Origin: Eledone cirrhosa
Taxonomy: Eukaryota
Assembly (NCBI GenBank): GCA_964016885.1
Contig: CAXHJY010000514.1
Coordinates: forward strand, 186,001-250,000
DNA: 64,000 bases
Reading direction: 5' to 3'
Translations under genes and position numbers: made by a program
Shown: piece after piece, positions 13,441-27,236 of the stretch
How positions within the stretch are numbered: the first letter of the stretch is position 1
Layout of the letters: the number at the start of each line of letters is the position of its first letter
Notes under the pieces: model-generated
Database searches by the model: none
What the model saw: only the letters and a program-made list of their open reading frames with translations
Told to the model about the DNA's origin: nothing

Positions 13441-14726
13441 ACATATATAAATATACACAAACATATATACATGATATGTATATGTATGCATATATGTGTG
13501 TATATATATATGTATTTATGTATATACATATATGTGTATATGCATATATATATATATATCATCATCATTATCATTTTACGTCTGCTTTTCCCTGCTTGCT
13601 ATAATTAGAAATGAGTTATTTTATGAAAACTACTATTGCATTATGGAAAAACACGTGGTAAACCTTACAGAAATGTTTTTGGAATCAAAATTTAGATGCT
13701 ATATTGCTGATATTGATTTATTACTTTTAACTAGGGTTATAACACCAAGATATCTAACTTTAATGTTGATGTTAAATAATAATGATGATGATCATAGTGT
13801 AAAATTCAGGTTAAAACCATAACAATAGACATGAAACCAAAGAAAATTTAAATGATATGGGTGACACTTTCCTTCCATTAACATTCCACTGCTTTGATTT
13901 TCAAATGAAGTATTTGTAGGTTTTTATTAATATGATTAACATACTCATTATTTAACTGGAATTAATATAACCTCTTAAAGACAATTATGAAGGAAGGTGT
14001 TCAACTCCAATATGGTGCGGAAATCAAAAAAGGTATTTATTTATTTATTTTATCAATGTAAGACTCCTTATAGAGCTAGTAAGCCATGGCAGAATTGGGG
14101 AAGTATCTAGTACTTCTTACAGTTGAGAAATAAAAAAACAAGATCTAGGGAGATAAGCGAATATAAAAATTAAAATTAAAATGGGACAAAAAAAATATGT
14201 AGACACTTTAAAATAATCAGTTTTCCATCATATGACTATGCTCAGTTTATTATTAAAAAAGTTAAAGTATAGCTGTGATTGTTTCAAATCTAATAATAGA
14301 AGATGCCAATATGATTGCAACAATAATCAAATTATATGACTTCTGTAATAATTAGTACTAAGTACTTATGTTGCATTTCTCATCTTTAGATACTTTTGTA
14401 TAATTATTTATGTGACATCTGCTATCTTTCTGGCTTTTACTAGTTTCTCATTGGAAATATATAGACTTTTGGCCTGTGTTATATTATGCTTTTCATTGTG
14501 TAAACTGGTATTATAAGAGAATGAAAGAATATGATTGTTACCAAGACTGTTCTCAAAATATTGACTATAACTGCAGATATAATTGTGTGGTTAAGAAGTT
14601 TGCTCTCCTACCATATTATTTTGGCTTTGATTTACTGTGTCACCTTGCACAAATGTATTCTGCTATAGTCTTGAGCTGACCAACACATGGGATGTCTATT
14701 TCATCAGGAACTGCACAGAAGCCCAT

Positions 14727-14764
<38 letters not shown>

Positions 14765-15583
14765 AATATATAAGGCTGAAACCGGTAAAACTAAGCAAAA
14801 ATATATAAATATTTATCAAATTACTTGGCTCATGAATACAGGCAAGAGTGTAACGAAAAATGTTTTAAAAAGGTTGTAAACAGCTGAAACTGGTAAAAGT
14901 AAACAAAAGTATATAAATAATCAATAAATTACTTGGCACATGAATACAGAAACCTTCCAACTAACCAAAAGGTCAATCATTGTATGTAATCCCTATATTC
15001 TTCTCTAACATATTTTATTTAAATATGAAGACTTAAAAAAATATTAGAAAATAGAATTAGCTTGTTGGTGTTGGGTGTTATCAAAAAGGATTAATCCTCC
15101 ATTTTGTATGATTGCTCACATATGTCACTGTAATGTAGTTATGCCTGATCAATCAATCAGCAGACCAATTATATAAGACTTTGTAACCATTACAATCTTG
15201 TTTTTTCCTAGTACAGTGCACTTAGAAGCACATTATTCAATGTGTCCTTTTCTGAGATTGTAGTATGTAATCTGAGGGTGATTTAGCTGCTAATTCTAGC
15301 TAGTTCAGGACTGGTGAAACAGCTTTCTCCCTGAATTGAATGTGTCTGTCTTTAATTCTTTCTCTTCACATGTTCTATCATAAATCAGCACAGATGAAAT
15401 CTTTCATTCTAGAGTTTGTCCTTTTTCTTTTAAACACAAAACCATCACTTTTTTAGGCTTCTTATTAACTTTTCCAATATCAATATATTAGTTATGATTT
15501 TAAAAATTATAAAGAAATTGTGAGATTTACTAACGTAACTACCTTTCTCATTATGAGGCTCATGTTAGGCATATAACTTAATA

Positions 15584-15769
15584 ATTGTTTCTACTTTTGG
15601 CACAAGGCCAGCAATTGCCCAGTACATTAATGGTACTTTATTTTATCGACCCTGTAAGGATGAAAGGCAAAGTTAACCTCGGCGGGATTTGAACTCAGAT
15701 CATAAAGGGACGTAATTCTATGCTTCAAAGCATGGTGTCCGACTCTCTACTGATACTGCCAATCCACAC
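15584..15769 (-). mobile_element. Meta-domain tRNA SINE with TSD
   Basis: B box gagttcaaatcc and Meta core aactttgcctttcatcc...gtcgataaaataaagtacca. Flanked by the direct repeat acttaataat (15576-85 and 15768-77). Confidence 0.85.
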
Positions 15770-17681
15770 TTAATAATGTTTCTTACATGCAAATATGATG
15801 GAAGGATTTAAAATAAATATAAACATTTAGAAATAGACTCTTTTGTATTATAGAACCAGGGACAGTTTCAGGCAATTTAGTGTCAAGATGGCTAAATATC
15901 TTTTTCCACAATCTTTCTGCCTTCAGAGAACTCTCACATTCTCCATTCTCTAACTAACATATCAAAGATAAGAAGAGGAAAAGAAAGAAAACTAAAAATG
16001 CATGCAACTACCTACAATAAATTTAATCAACTTCATGGGACTAAAAAAAAATAACAACTTGATATCTGTTTTTGTATTTGATGCCTTAATTAATAATTCA
16101 AAATATCAATTTATATTAAGTGGCGTAAAAAAGATTCCTTTACATCTCAAATTAAGAGTATTAATTTAAGCTGTTGGAAAAATAAATATTTAATATTTTG
16201 TTAATTTGCTCAATAGGGGTTGGGGATATTGAAAATCAATTTATCTGTTGCCAAATATCCTTTGTTTTGATTCTGATTGGATACTACTTCTGAATCTAGT
16301 GATTAATAGAATGGTATTAGTGTTTTCTCCATATGTTAGTTTTGGTGTATCTGTTGAAAGTAGTATAAATGTTGATTTATAACTTAGGTACAAGGGCACA
16401 AATATTAAGTGAGGAAGCAGTTAATTGTACCTACCCTTATATTTGATAGCTATTTTATTGACTCCAAGAATGATAAAATGCAAAATAAACTTCATTGGGA
16501 ATAGAACTCAAGCATAAAGAGACAAACTAAAATGGGGTGATCTACTAATTCTGCTGCACCACTATACTTCTTTTACATTTTGAATCATCTATTACTATCT
16601 AGAAATCATTTCTGGCTTTCATGGTAGATTTTGTGTTGAATAGTATTTCTTTACTCTAATGCTTCTCATAATTATACAATGCAATTCAATATTTTCTTAC
16701 TATGGATGTATGGTTAGTATGTGGGCCATGCTGTGTGCTTCTTAAAATTTTAGCTTCATGATGCAAACTTTATATTTGCTTCAGGAAATGTTCGACTTTT
16801 GTTTACAATGAAAGTAATAAACTGTATATGTTGCTCGCATAAAAAGTGTATTACCTTTTCTATTAGTACATTTATTAAAGTGAAATTTATGTAGAAAGGA
16901 TTAGCTACTTCCTAGGTTACATCAATATTTGCTTATGTATTGTTGAGGAAGAAATTTAGTTCAGAAGTCCAAAGATTACATTATAGAAATATTTTGAAAA
17001 TATATTCTAAAGTTCAATAGGCATGTAGTTATGTTTGTTCCTTATCGTCGTCATCATTGTTGCCATTATCATCACTGCTGCTGCTGCCCAGCTCATCCTT
17101 GTTTTCCTCTTCCTTCTTTTCTCCTTCATCTTTCTTCTTCTTTTTTCTTCACCAACTTATTTATGCAAGGGTCGAGGGGCAGTCCTAAACAATTCTTGCA
17201 GCAGGTTTTGTCATAAGCAGCTGTCTGCAATTGATCTGGTTGGATTTCCGAACAAAACAAGTCAAGCTCCTGGTTACATAAAATATTGGTATGATTGAAC
17301 AGGCTTGAGAGCAAATGAATTCTAGCAATGACCATACTACTTTATTTTATCCCTTACAGAATGTATCTAGGTCTATAATATAGTATTTTCCTATAAAAAT
17401 TGTAGTGTAATTTGAAGGTTATTTGACTGATATTACAAACTGGTCAAATAAGCACTAAAAAGATTCCCCCATTGGCTCCTACATAAAATAGATATTGTGA
17501 ATATTTTTGCATATGTGCATTCTGTAAACATAAATTCAATCTTGCTGTGTTAATAGAGCTTGTTGGATTTATTTTGTTTTTTCATAGATGTTATTTCTAT
17601 ATTGTTTATTCACTAAACAGTTCTATATACATTATACTATCTAGTGCACAATCCTAATGGATCTTCCATCATTATTTTGTA

Positions 17682-17886
17682 TAGGGAGTTTAAAAAATTA
17701 GATATCATTTGAGATGAAAATATCCCTGAAACTATTACGTTTAGGACAATGAGACTGAGTAGGTGTAATTTTGAGCAACATAAGATTTATTCCTCAAAAT
17801 TTGTCAACATTAAAACACTAATTCATTATATATAGTTTTAGGAATATTTACATCTCTAATGATATTTAATTTTTTGAAACACCTTG
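17682..17886. mobile_element. Tc1/mariner-type MITE
   Basis: TA-flanked, with ~55 bp imperfect TIRs: tagggagtttaaaaaattagatatcatt... versus the reverse complement caaggtgtttcaaaaaattaaatatcatt... Confidence 0.75.
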
Positions 17887-18183
17887 TACAATGGAATCTA
17901 TGTTTTACTGATAATGTTATATGAAGACCAAAGTATGTCTGGTGTTGTCTTCCTAACTTATGCAGTGGTTTAACCGCAGTCTATTTACATACTGAAGCCA
18001 AATGTATATTTATCAAATATACATAGGGGAACTTATACACAAGTTATCCCCCCACAAAGTGTCTCATTGTTTTGGTTATTTTATAGAGGCTACCAGCAAA
18101 TTTGCTAATATATACTTGAGTAATATCAGTGCCCGTTACTCATATTTTTTATAAGTAGCTCTATGTTGCTTCCTCTTGCACAG

Positions 18184-18283
18184 GTAGAAGCTCTTGACAG
18201 TAGCCGATCAAAATTAGAGGAGGCATTCCTGAGAACATTCTGCAGAGACAGCCATGTTGTTTAACAACAGCGTCATTTTCTTA
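18184..18283 (+). other. Candidate host exon (100 bp)
   Basis: Polypyrimidine acceptor ttgcttcctcttgcacag| and donor |gtaagt. An internal gccATG at 18254 gives MLFNNSVIFL to a phase-0 junction. Not recognisably repetitive. Confidence 0.3.
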
Positions 18284-20609
18284 GTAAGTCAGAAGTATGG
18301 TTATCAAATGCATGCATGTGAATTTATTCACAATTTATCCACATAGATACATTCTTTGTTTCTCTTATAAGATGTTATATTTTAAGTAGGCTTCCAATGC
18401 AAACCAAAAGTTACAACAGAAGTCGATATGTTAGCAGTATTTTTGAGTTAAATAAAATAAGTTGAAAATGTGATGAAAATTTGATTATGTGCACTGAAAG
18501 AAACTGTTTGTTGAGTTGAAACAAAGGATCCAAAGTTTATAAGATATAGATTATCTGTTTCTAGTTCTGTCTCTCAGGGGAACAAAAGATCTATGACAAA
18601 AAAAAAAAAAGTATGGCATACAAATAAAAAAGGGTGAGTTTTAAGTCATTGCATGAATATTTTTAATTATGTTATTGCAATAGATATTTTAGGAAACTTA
18701 TCTCTGATGTTTTAGTTTATTAAGATGAATCTTAGAATTTGGTCATCTTTTATTTGCAAATGGTGCTTCTCAAATCTTTCTCATTTCTATAATTTATATT
18801 TATTTTACATAAAGGCAAGACAAATAATATTTAACATGTGAAAGCTTGATTTGGTAGACATAGCAAATTCTCTCTCATATCACTTTCTACCTTTTTAGAA
18901 AAAAGGAAGAATTCAGCAATGTAATCTTAGTTACATTATGCCTGAAAATTAGACATTTAATCATAGATCTATGTATTGTTTTGCAACAGGTCAGTCCTAA
19001 ATAAAATCATAAGGGCTGTAAATTAGAAGATATGATTGACAGATTTGAATGTCCAACGATATTTAGTTTAAACTGTTTACAATTAATGCTGCTGTTATTG
19101 TTATTTAAACCTAGGCCTGTCATGATCAAACATGTATAAAGTCATTCTAACTGTGACTATTTCAGCTGATGTTAGGCATTGTGAACACTCGATAGAATAA
19201 TCCAACATGTCCCTTTACTAAGATGCTATATAAGTTCAGGAATATTTGATGACTATTTCCTACTAGTCAATCAACTTACCATATGAAATTTCCTGCAGGA
19301 AGTGTGTGTGATTAACTCAAGAATACACATTGCCTTTAAATATTTGGCCTGTCTCTATGTGTGAAATAGTCATTATCAAGGCATTGGAATGGTAGAAATA
19401 ATAGGCTGCTTCCACAAGAAGTGCCTTAAAGTCCTTTTTACACTTTGAAGTCAAATTGTGCTAAGGTTATCATAATCTTTAATCTTTTTACTGTTGAAAA
19501 CATAATTAGAAGTTAGGTACTGGTGATGAATCAAAATATTACTCTCTACACTTAAAATTATGGCCATGTACACAAGGTTGCGAAGTGTTGTTACATGATC
19601 ACAAAATTATTGTCATGTAAGTGAAGGTGCATGGTTTACTGGTTAGAGAATTGGATTTGAAATCAACAGGTTGCAAGCTCAATTGTAGACTGGGTAATGA
19701 ATTGTGTCCTTGAGCAAGACACTTGCACTCCCCATTGCCCTTTCTGTCAGGAGCTGTGACCAATAGATAGTATCAGCAATGAAAAAAAAACAATGAAAAC
19801 ATTGACTCCTTGGTCTGATTTGATGAGTTCCACCCAACACAGTAAGCAAACAATGTCTGGGATCTTGTCGATCGTTAATGATAGAAGGTAGAAACCATTA
19901 TTGTGATACAGCTTTAATCTTGATTAAATTTCTTTCAACATATGTATACATTTAATGTAAGTTGAGATGTGTTAGCCTAAATAGTACTCCAAATTTAATG
20001 ACATGACTTATAAATCAAGATAATTATATATAAAAAAAAAAAACTGTCCAACAGTTGCAATATTTGGTTATCAGTTTTATTTCATATTCCCATTAGTTAT
20101 GTCTTAATGGTATTAAAAACTAGACACACATTCTGAAATACAAATAGAGTACTACTAAATGCTTTTATTGACAACATTTTGATAGCATCAATTTCCATGT
20201 CGGAGAATTCAAATAAACTAACTTCAATTATTGTCAATATTGAAAACCAATGGGTTTATTCTTAATGTTATAGAGAAAAATGTAAATTTTTATATCTGAG
20301 AAATCAATTATCTGGGTTTTATATCTGTGGACAGATACACCATATTATTACACAAAATCATAGCGAATTAAGGTCAATTGTTTTTGCTAGTTGTAGGTAA
20401 ACTGATGCTCAGAAAAATTGCAGCCAAATTGAGTGAGAGGCTCTTGCATTTCATAAATTCTATTATTATCTGGCTATCATTACTAATAACAAACCATTAA
20501 AGCACTTATTAATGCATTTGTGTCATATTGTATAGTGATATCAATCTTGTGACATAGTTTAATTATTTCTGTCTATTTGTCATTATCATAAATAGGGAAG
20601 TCATAAAGC

Positions 20610-21510
20610 AAAAATGTTTGGTCAAACTGGAAAAAGACATGCCTATGATAACAACTTAAAGTTAAATTTAGCAGCATATACAAATAAACACAAGAAAAAC
20701 AACGAAGCTATTCATTAATTTAATGTGGTAGAAAAACAAGCTAGAGATTGGAAGAAATTAAATGCTTGAATAGCAGAACTATAAATGATACAGAAGGCCT
20801 AATATGGGTTCATAAAAAGCCAATGAAGCAGATGATGGGCACTACGTGACAGGTGCTTAGAACACAGATAAAATGGCTTTGTAACTTGAAGTCCTATTTG
20901 AGTTCAAGCCCAGAGCATCCTCTGGAACCTGAAATTAAAATGTTCATTGGTGTACAAACACCATGAATAATCAAAGCCTGTCTGTACGAGTACACACCAG
21001 AATCAATTTGAAGCTTTCCATGTACTAGATAATAAAATATCCAGTTCCATCCCCATGTGATCAAAGTGAGAATAACCGATGGCTATAGTTACACCTGCAC
21101 TGCTGGACTTATCTATAAGCTAAATAACTGAATGCATACTGCCCACTTTACCAAACTCAGAAAACTGGACATGTATATGTGATTCCAGAAAGTGGGGCTC
21201 TTTCATTCTGAGGGTGTAAGAAAACAATGCAACATATTGCTGTAATAAACTTTCCATGCATATCTCATAAGAGATTTTAAAAAGCACACATTTTATAATT
21301 ACTCTAGTGATTTGATTGTGATTCCTGGGGAGTGGAGGGGATCTAAATGCCCTAGACTCAATGATATATTCAAGTGAGCAGTGGAGATTATAGCTTGTTA
21401 GTAGACAAGCTGTAGTAATCAATGCAGGAAAATTAGTAAAGCACAGTTTGGGAGTAGTTGCAAAATCGACAGTGACATAGTGATATGCTTTAAGTGTAGA
21501 ATAAGCAAGA
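20610..21510 (+). mobile_element. pogo/Tigger-like transposase relic
   Basis: KRHAYDNNLKLNLAAY...FNVVEKQARDWKK (N-terminal HTH), WCTN.MNNQSLSVRVHTRI (CENP-B-type HTH) and KIDSDIVICFKCRIS (C-terminus). Heavily decayed and internally deleted. Confidence 0.55.
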
Positions 21511-21977
21511 TGTGGTATTTTGTGGCAAGAGTCTAATAACCAAGCAACACACTAAGAATATAAAGAGCTGAAACATATACTGCAAGGACAACTTCCCAGT
21601 GCTCTAAAGATTAGGCAATGTTTATATCACTAAATTTAACTGACAAGGCATTAATCAAATTGAGGCTATAGTAAAGGAATCTTGTCAAAGGTCGTACACA
21701 TTGGAAATGGAATGAATACCAAAACAATGTTGTTTCTAAACAAACTTTTTAAATCATTCAGCCATGCCTATATATATATATACTGTAGTATAGGTTTGGT
21801 AGATATATTCAAAGGTAAGAGCACTCAGTCAATAGGTTAAGTATAATTAGTTATACAAATAAAGATGGCCACTATCCTAAGGCAGTGGTGATCTTTCTTT
21901 ATACGACAGATTAAATGAGTTGGGGCGTATAACCTAAAAACTTATGTGCCTGTATATGTCACTGTTGTAACTAATTA

Positions 21978-22237
21978 GGTGGTCGTGGAGGTGCCACGGC
22001 AAAAAAGCACCCAGCCCACACTGTAAAGTGGACGTGTAGGCGCCACGAAAAAGCACCCAGCACTCACTGTAAATGAGGTTGGTGTTAGGAAGGGCATCCA
22101 GCTGTAGAAATCAAGCCAAATCAGTTCCTGTATGAGCAATGCATGGTCAGCCCACCAGACACTGCCCACAATAGGACAACCCGTCTAACCCATGCTAGCG
22201 TGGAAGAACGGACGTAAAACGGTGATGATGATGATGA

Positions 22238-22281
<44 letters not shown>

Positions 22282-22375
22282 TCATTTAACGTCCATCTTC
22301 CACACTAGCATGGGTTAGACGGTTTTGTTCAATTTGATGCGAGAATGGTTGGGAGACCCTGTCTCACCCGCAGAA
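21978..22375. mobile_element. Two RTE-tailed SINE/LINE 3' ends, tail-to-tail across (TA)n
   Basis: The + copy (21978-22240) ends ggacgtaaaacggt(gat)n. The - copy (22279-22375) begins tcatcatttaacgtcc. Confidence 0.75.
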
Positions 22376-22466
22376 TATATATATATATATATACATATAA
22401 CGGCATTCCTGTTTTAACGACATCACAACTTTCTCCGCTTAGCCTGTTCCCCCCCTTTTGGAACTT

Positions 22467-22502
22467 TCCCCCGTTGATGGGCGTGAGCCCGAAATATTGG
22501 GA
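22467..22502 (+). ncRNA. Degenerate minimal hammerhead
   Basis: TCCC-CCGTTGA-T-GGGC(GTGA)GCCC-GAAA-TATT-GGGA. Stems I and II are intact and the core has two substitutions. Confidence 0.5.
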
Positions 22503-25282
22503 TTAAATCTCCACTACGGTAACCCTTCTACCTTTGTTTTGTTTTCATCTTTGTCTCTCTCAATTTTCACTTTCTCCTATTTCTCCTATCTATCATTCAC
22601 TTCCTACCTCGAGATTTCCCTCTGCATTGTTGTGGCTTTCTAAACTACGTATATATACATATATATATATATTCTGTGATATGGGAACTGCAAAGACCAC
22701 AAATCAGAGAATTACTTGATACATGGTCGGATGAAAAATGTATCTGGCTGAAACTGCCTGCGCTTGTGATTGATCCTCTACATCACTAATATATATATAT
22801 TGAAAAATTATATCATTTTCAATTTTCAAACTACCTTTTCATCCTTTTTAGTTTTGGTAGTTAGATTGAGATTTTAAAAAATTCTTTAAAATGTTTTCTT
22901 TTATTTTTTCTCCATCAAAACATAATTTTTCACTTTTTTCACTAACATTTTCTGATATGTGATAAGTATATTATTTATTACTTGAAATTTACAAGTTGAT
23001 TTTGCAGATAAACTGAAAACTATTCAATACCGAATCTTGGAAATCATTGGCAATTCAATTTGAATAGATTTTAAATCATTAAATTGCCACAATAAACATT
23101 AATTTCTTTCTAATTAAGAAATGCTGATCATGTTAATATAATCTATGTTGATAAGACAAAACTGTCACTAGAAAAATTTCTTCACCTCTGATTTTGTCAG
23201 CTCTTGTAGAATATTACACTCTCACGCGATATAGTTGAAGGAAAAAATTAAATGTTTAAAAAAATATATATAAGTGTGTAAAATGATAACACTGAAACTT
23301 CTGAAGTTCTGTGATTATAGCTGAACTGTAATTGAAAAAAATTATTTCATATTCATATTATTAATTCTTTCAAAGAATATAATAAAAATGTAACCATTTA
23401 TTTATACATCAATCATGTATTATTATTGTTGTTGATGTTGTCATTACTATTATTATTATTGCTGCTGCAGTTGTTATTCCTTAGCATCGTTAAGATTGCT
23501 GTCACTGATGATGTTAATGTTTATAGGTATTGGTGAAAACCAGAAAAAGTTAGATAAACCCAAAAGGTAGAACTAATTTATCGAATATTTCATAGCAATG
23601 TTAAGGTAAAACAAAAACATACACACAAAAAAAAAAAAAAGCAAAAAGACAATTCAATGACATTATGGAGTTATTTGAAAAAACAAAAAAACAATTAAAT
23701 AAATGAATATTCAGATTTCATTACTTCTAATCAGGATTGAGATTAAAGTTAGTGGAATAGCTATAAGGATCATATAAAATTTTATGTATTTCTGAAACTT
23801 CACATATGTCTAATTTCACCATTAAATTAAATGCTTCTCTTGATTAGGAAAAACAAATAAATATAAGATAATTTATTATATATATATATATATATATGCG
23901 ACATGCTCATATTTCACTCACAAGTGTAGATCATTTTCAATTTAACATGAATATTGATTGAAAGTAAAAATGTTAATATCATTCGTTTTGTTTTTTCTAT
24001 TTGTCTTAATATTTCATTTATAGCATAACTTCAAATATGCATAGATTATTTTAGTTTTAAAATAATTTTTAAATCTCTTCTTTACTTGACAAATATTCAA
24101 TTCATTTGACAAGACCCAACACCAACTTTTGTAGATTAAGATGTATGGCTGAATAAATTAATTTTAGAATGATTACTTTATTTACCACTCTCAAAAGAAA
24201 AGTAATAAAGTAACATTGATGAAATTTAAAATTTGAAGAGAGAAGGTAAGAATTCAATATTCTAATATATTTCATATAGCAGAGTTCTGCTCTGTCTATC
24301 TTCATGACTCATAGTTCTCTAAAACACTAGGGAAGTTATCATGTCTTTAACAGTGACGAAGCGTCCTCCATACCAAATCATTCAAAGGACAAAAAAAAAA
24401 GCCCTGCTAATCTAACTGCAAATATGGTCTATTAGGCAAGATAAACTGCTACAGCAACACAACAGTAGAACTGTAAATTTGGCAAATGGTTTCTTACTTC
24501 CAGTTAACCGTTCCTGGGATTATGGCTTGAAGATTTTACTGGAATATACCAGTTGGATTTATACCAAGATAAACTAAAAGTGTCATTAGAACATTTGATA
24601 GGATGCTTTGCCATATCTTTCTCTGGCTGCCTGAGGTCAACTTTGCCTTATATCCTTCTGATGTCAATAAATATCTTACTGCCATGTAAAGACTCCTTCA
24701 CTGGTTACTTCAAACCTGTGGTCTCACTATTTAGCATCATAGTTCTTACTTGTTTTGCCTGATGAAGGAAGACCTTTTTAAACTTCTATTCCCTTTCTTA
24801 CTCAAGCTTCTATTACTGACACACTAAGTAACACTGACACTAATTCCACCACATAAAATATCGGTCAGTCATGTGTCATTTCAACAATGTGATGACTTCC
24901 TTTATAAATAATCTCATACATTTGCCGCATCTTAAATCTGGATTCTCTCTATCACACTTCACCTTTTTTTGTTATACTTACAATGAAATTTGAATAATTT
25001 TTACTGATCATTAATTATTTTTTATTTGTCTTGTTTGTTTAATATCATTATTATTATTATTATTGGCGACCTACGTAGGAAATCGTATCATCGTGAGCTC
25101 CGCAAACGTTTGTTGTTTTCGTTTGTTTAAAATTGTCAATTATGGAAAATTTTTGGTATTAACTATTTACAAGGTCACAACATTTGCTTTCGGAAAAGGT
25201 CACTCAAAAAGATTGGGGCCTTGAGCCCAAAATTTAAACTTTTATAATTATATAACAAAAATAAATTTCTTTGAAAAAAAGC

Positions 25283-27202
25283 ATGGACGACTAACAGTCA
25301 CAAATTCCTCACAAACTAACATCTCACACAGACACCACCATTGTAAACATTACTACGTTTGCCAACACTAAAAATATAAGCAGTAGCAATAATTTAAATT
25401 TGTCTCATGCAGACATTCATTTCCCGCCATTACCAATGACTGCAGGTGTTGAAACCGCCACCACCACCATCACCACAGCGACAACAGAAACAAAAGAAAA
25501 AAATAAATGATCTCGTGACATCGAAATAGATTCACCCAGAATGAACTCTTCCACACCGAACACAACTGAATCCACCAGAACCACAACTGAAACTAAAAAT
25601 AACAATAACAAAAATAACGATAACAACAACAGCAACAACAACAATGAGAATAAGAAAACCACCCTGTCTTTTGCCAGAGTAGCAAAAAAGTGCTAAGCAA
25701 TCCAGGTAACTCAGGAGGAATTAGATGAAGCCAAGAGAATGGTAAAGAAAGATGGATACAGGGTCAGCCTCACCCCCACCTAATAAAATGGAGCATCGGC
25801 GCCTATTCATCGTGTCTTATCCGACGATTAACATAAAATCGCGCCGAGCGGAACGGGCATCCGAGTCCCAAATCCAAAAAGCTTTGGGACATGTGTGGGC
25901 AACAAAGACCCACATCAGACGTGGGCAGAAATATGGAGCCGTGGACGTGTACTTTAGAACACCACAAGAGGCCAGAGAACACTCCATGTCCCCATTAAGA
26001 AGTGACGACTTCACACTCGTCCCAAGCTATTGTGTCCAGAGACTCGTGAAGATCAGGGTGACCCACGTTCCACCAGCCATCGAAATTCCCTGGCTAATGG
26101 CTGCCGTCCTAGTCGGCATCGAGGCCAACACCAAGATAATCGAAATAGCGAAAGAAAAGTAGGATAACTGGTCCGGATCTGGGATGGAGCTCCTGATCCA
26201 AGCGGACTAGAAAAGTATTGAGGAGATCCCAGAGGTAATAGACCTAACTGACGGCAGCCACCTCACCGTAATCGTCGAGGGCAGAAGACCTAGGAGTGTC
26301 GTTTGTGGTGAAGGAACCCACCTAAGGGCTTTCTGCCCTCAGGCTAAAAGGTTGAGGCCACCTCTCTTACCCACCCAGTGACTCAACCATCAACACCACC
26401 AGCAGCAGAAATGGCAGCAACAACTGTAGCAGCAACAACAGAAGCAACTGTAACAGCAACAACCCCAGCAACAGTAGCAAAACCAACACCACCACTACCC
26501 AACGCGACAGAACTAGCACCAGCGCCTACACCATCCACCACGACACAACCAAAACCAACGCCTGTGGAGGAATTTCCATTCCACGACCTATCGCAACTGG
26601 AGACAGATTGTGACGACGAGGAGTGAGAAACGGTATCAGGAAAAAAGAAAAAAAAGAAAAAGAAACCAAAAAGAAAAAATCCACTTCCTTCTCCCTCCAA
26701 AAATGAAATACAGAGGGAAACAAATAAACTATCAAACAAAAAAGTTAGGACAGATATGCCACCATCCACACCAGAATCACCAACCCCATCACCACAAACA
26801 CCAACACCATCATTAACCCCAACACCACCATCACAACACCACAAAAGTCACCAAAAAAGCGAAACAGAAACAAACCCACAAACAAAACAAAACAACCAAA
26901 ACGATACACACTACACAACATTAAATTTGAACAACAACCAATTATTACACTACATCCAACACAACACCAGCATCACAGAAAAAGAGTGCATAACAACCCA
27001 AAAGTTCACACCACCTCCACACATACAAATAACTCGCATCACACGGAAAACGTACACGACACTAAAACAAAAATTCCCCAAAGACATCGGAGACTTACGA
27101 CAAACACTCTCCAGGAGGATTTATAAAGACATCCTTCCGGAGGAGGCCACTTGCAGTGAAAAGGATGGACAAACCATCCTTCCTCTACGAGAAGTAAGGT
27201 AA
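25283..27202 (+). pseudogene. Tx1 ORF1 (disrupted): RNA-binding region, zinc knuckle, low-complexity tail
   Basis: Pieces at 25752-26162, 26378-26626 and 26756-27202; the last two are in the same frame, split by a probable W-to-stop. RPRSVVCGEGTHLRAFCP is a decayed CX2CX4HX4C knuckle. The start position is approximate. Confidence 0.7.
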
Positions 27203-27236
27203 GTGGTCTTTCCCATCTTTTCCACTCCATTTCAAC

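Noticed and set aside
26756-27202. Separate third ORF in the Tx1 element
   Set aside because: It is in frame with 26378-26626 across a single probable W-to-stop, so it is the C-terminal part of ORF1.
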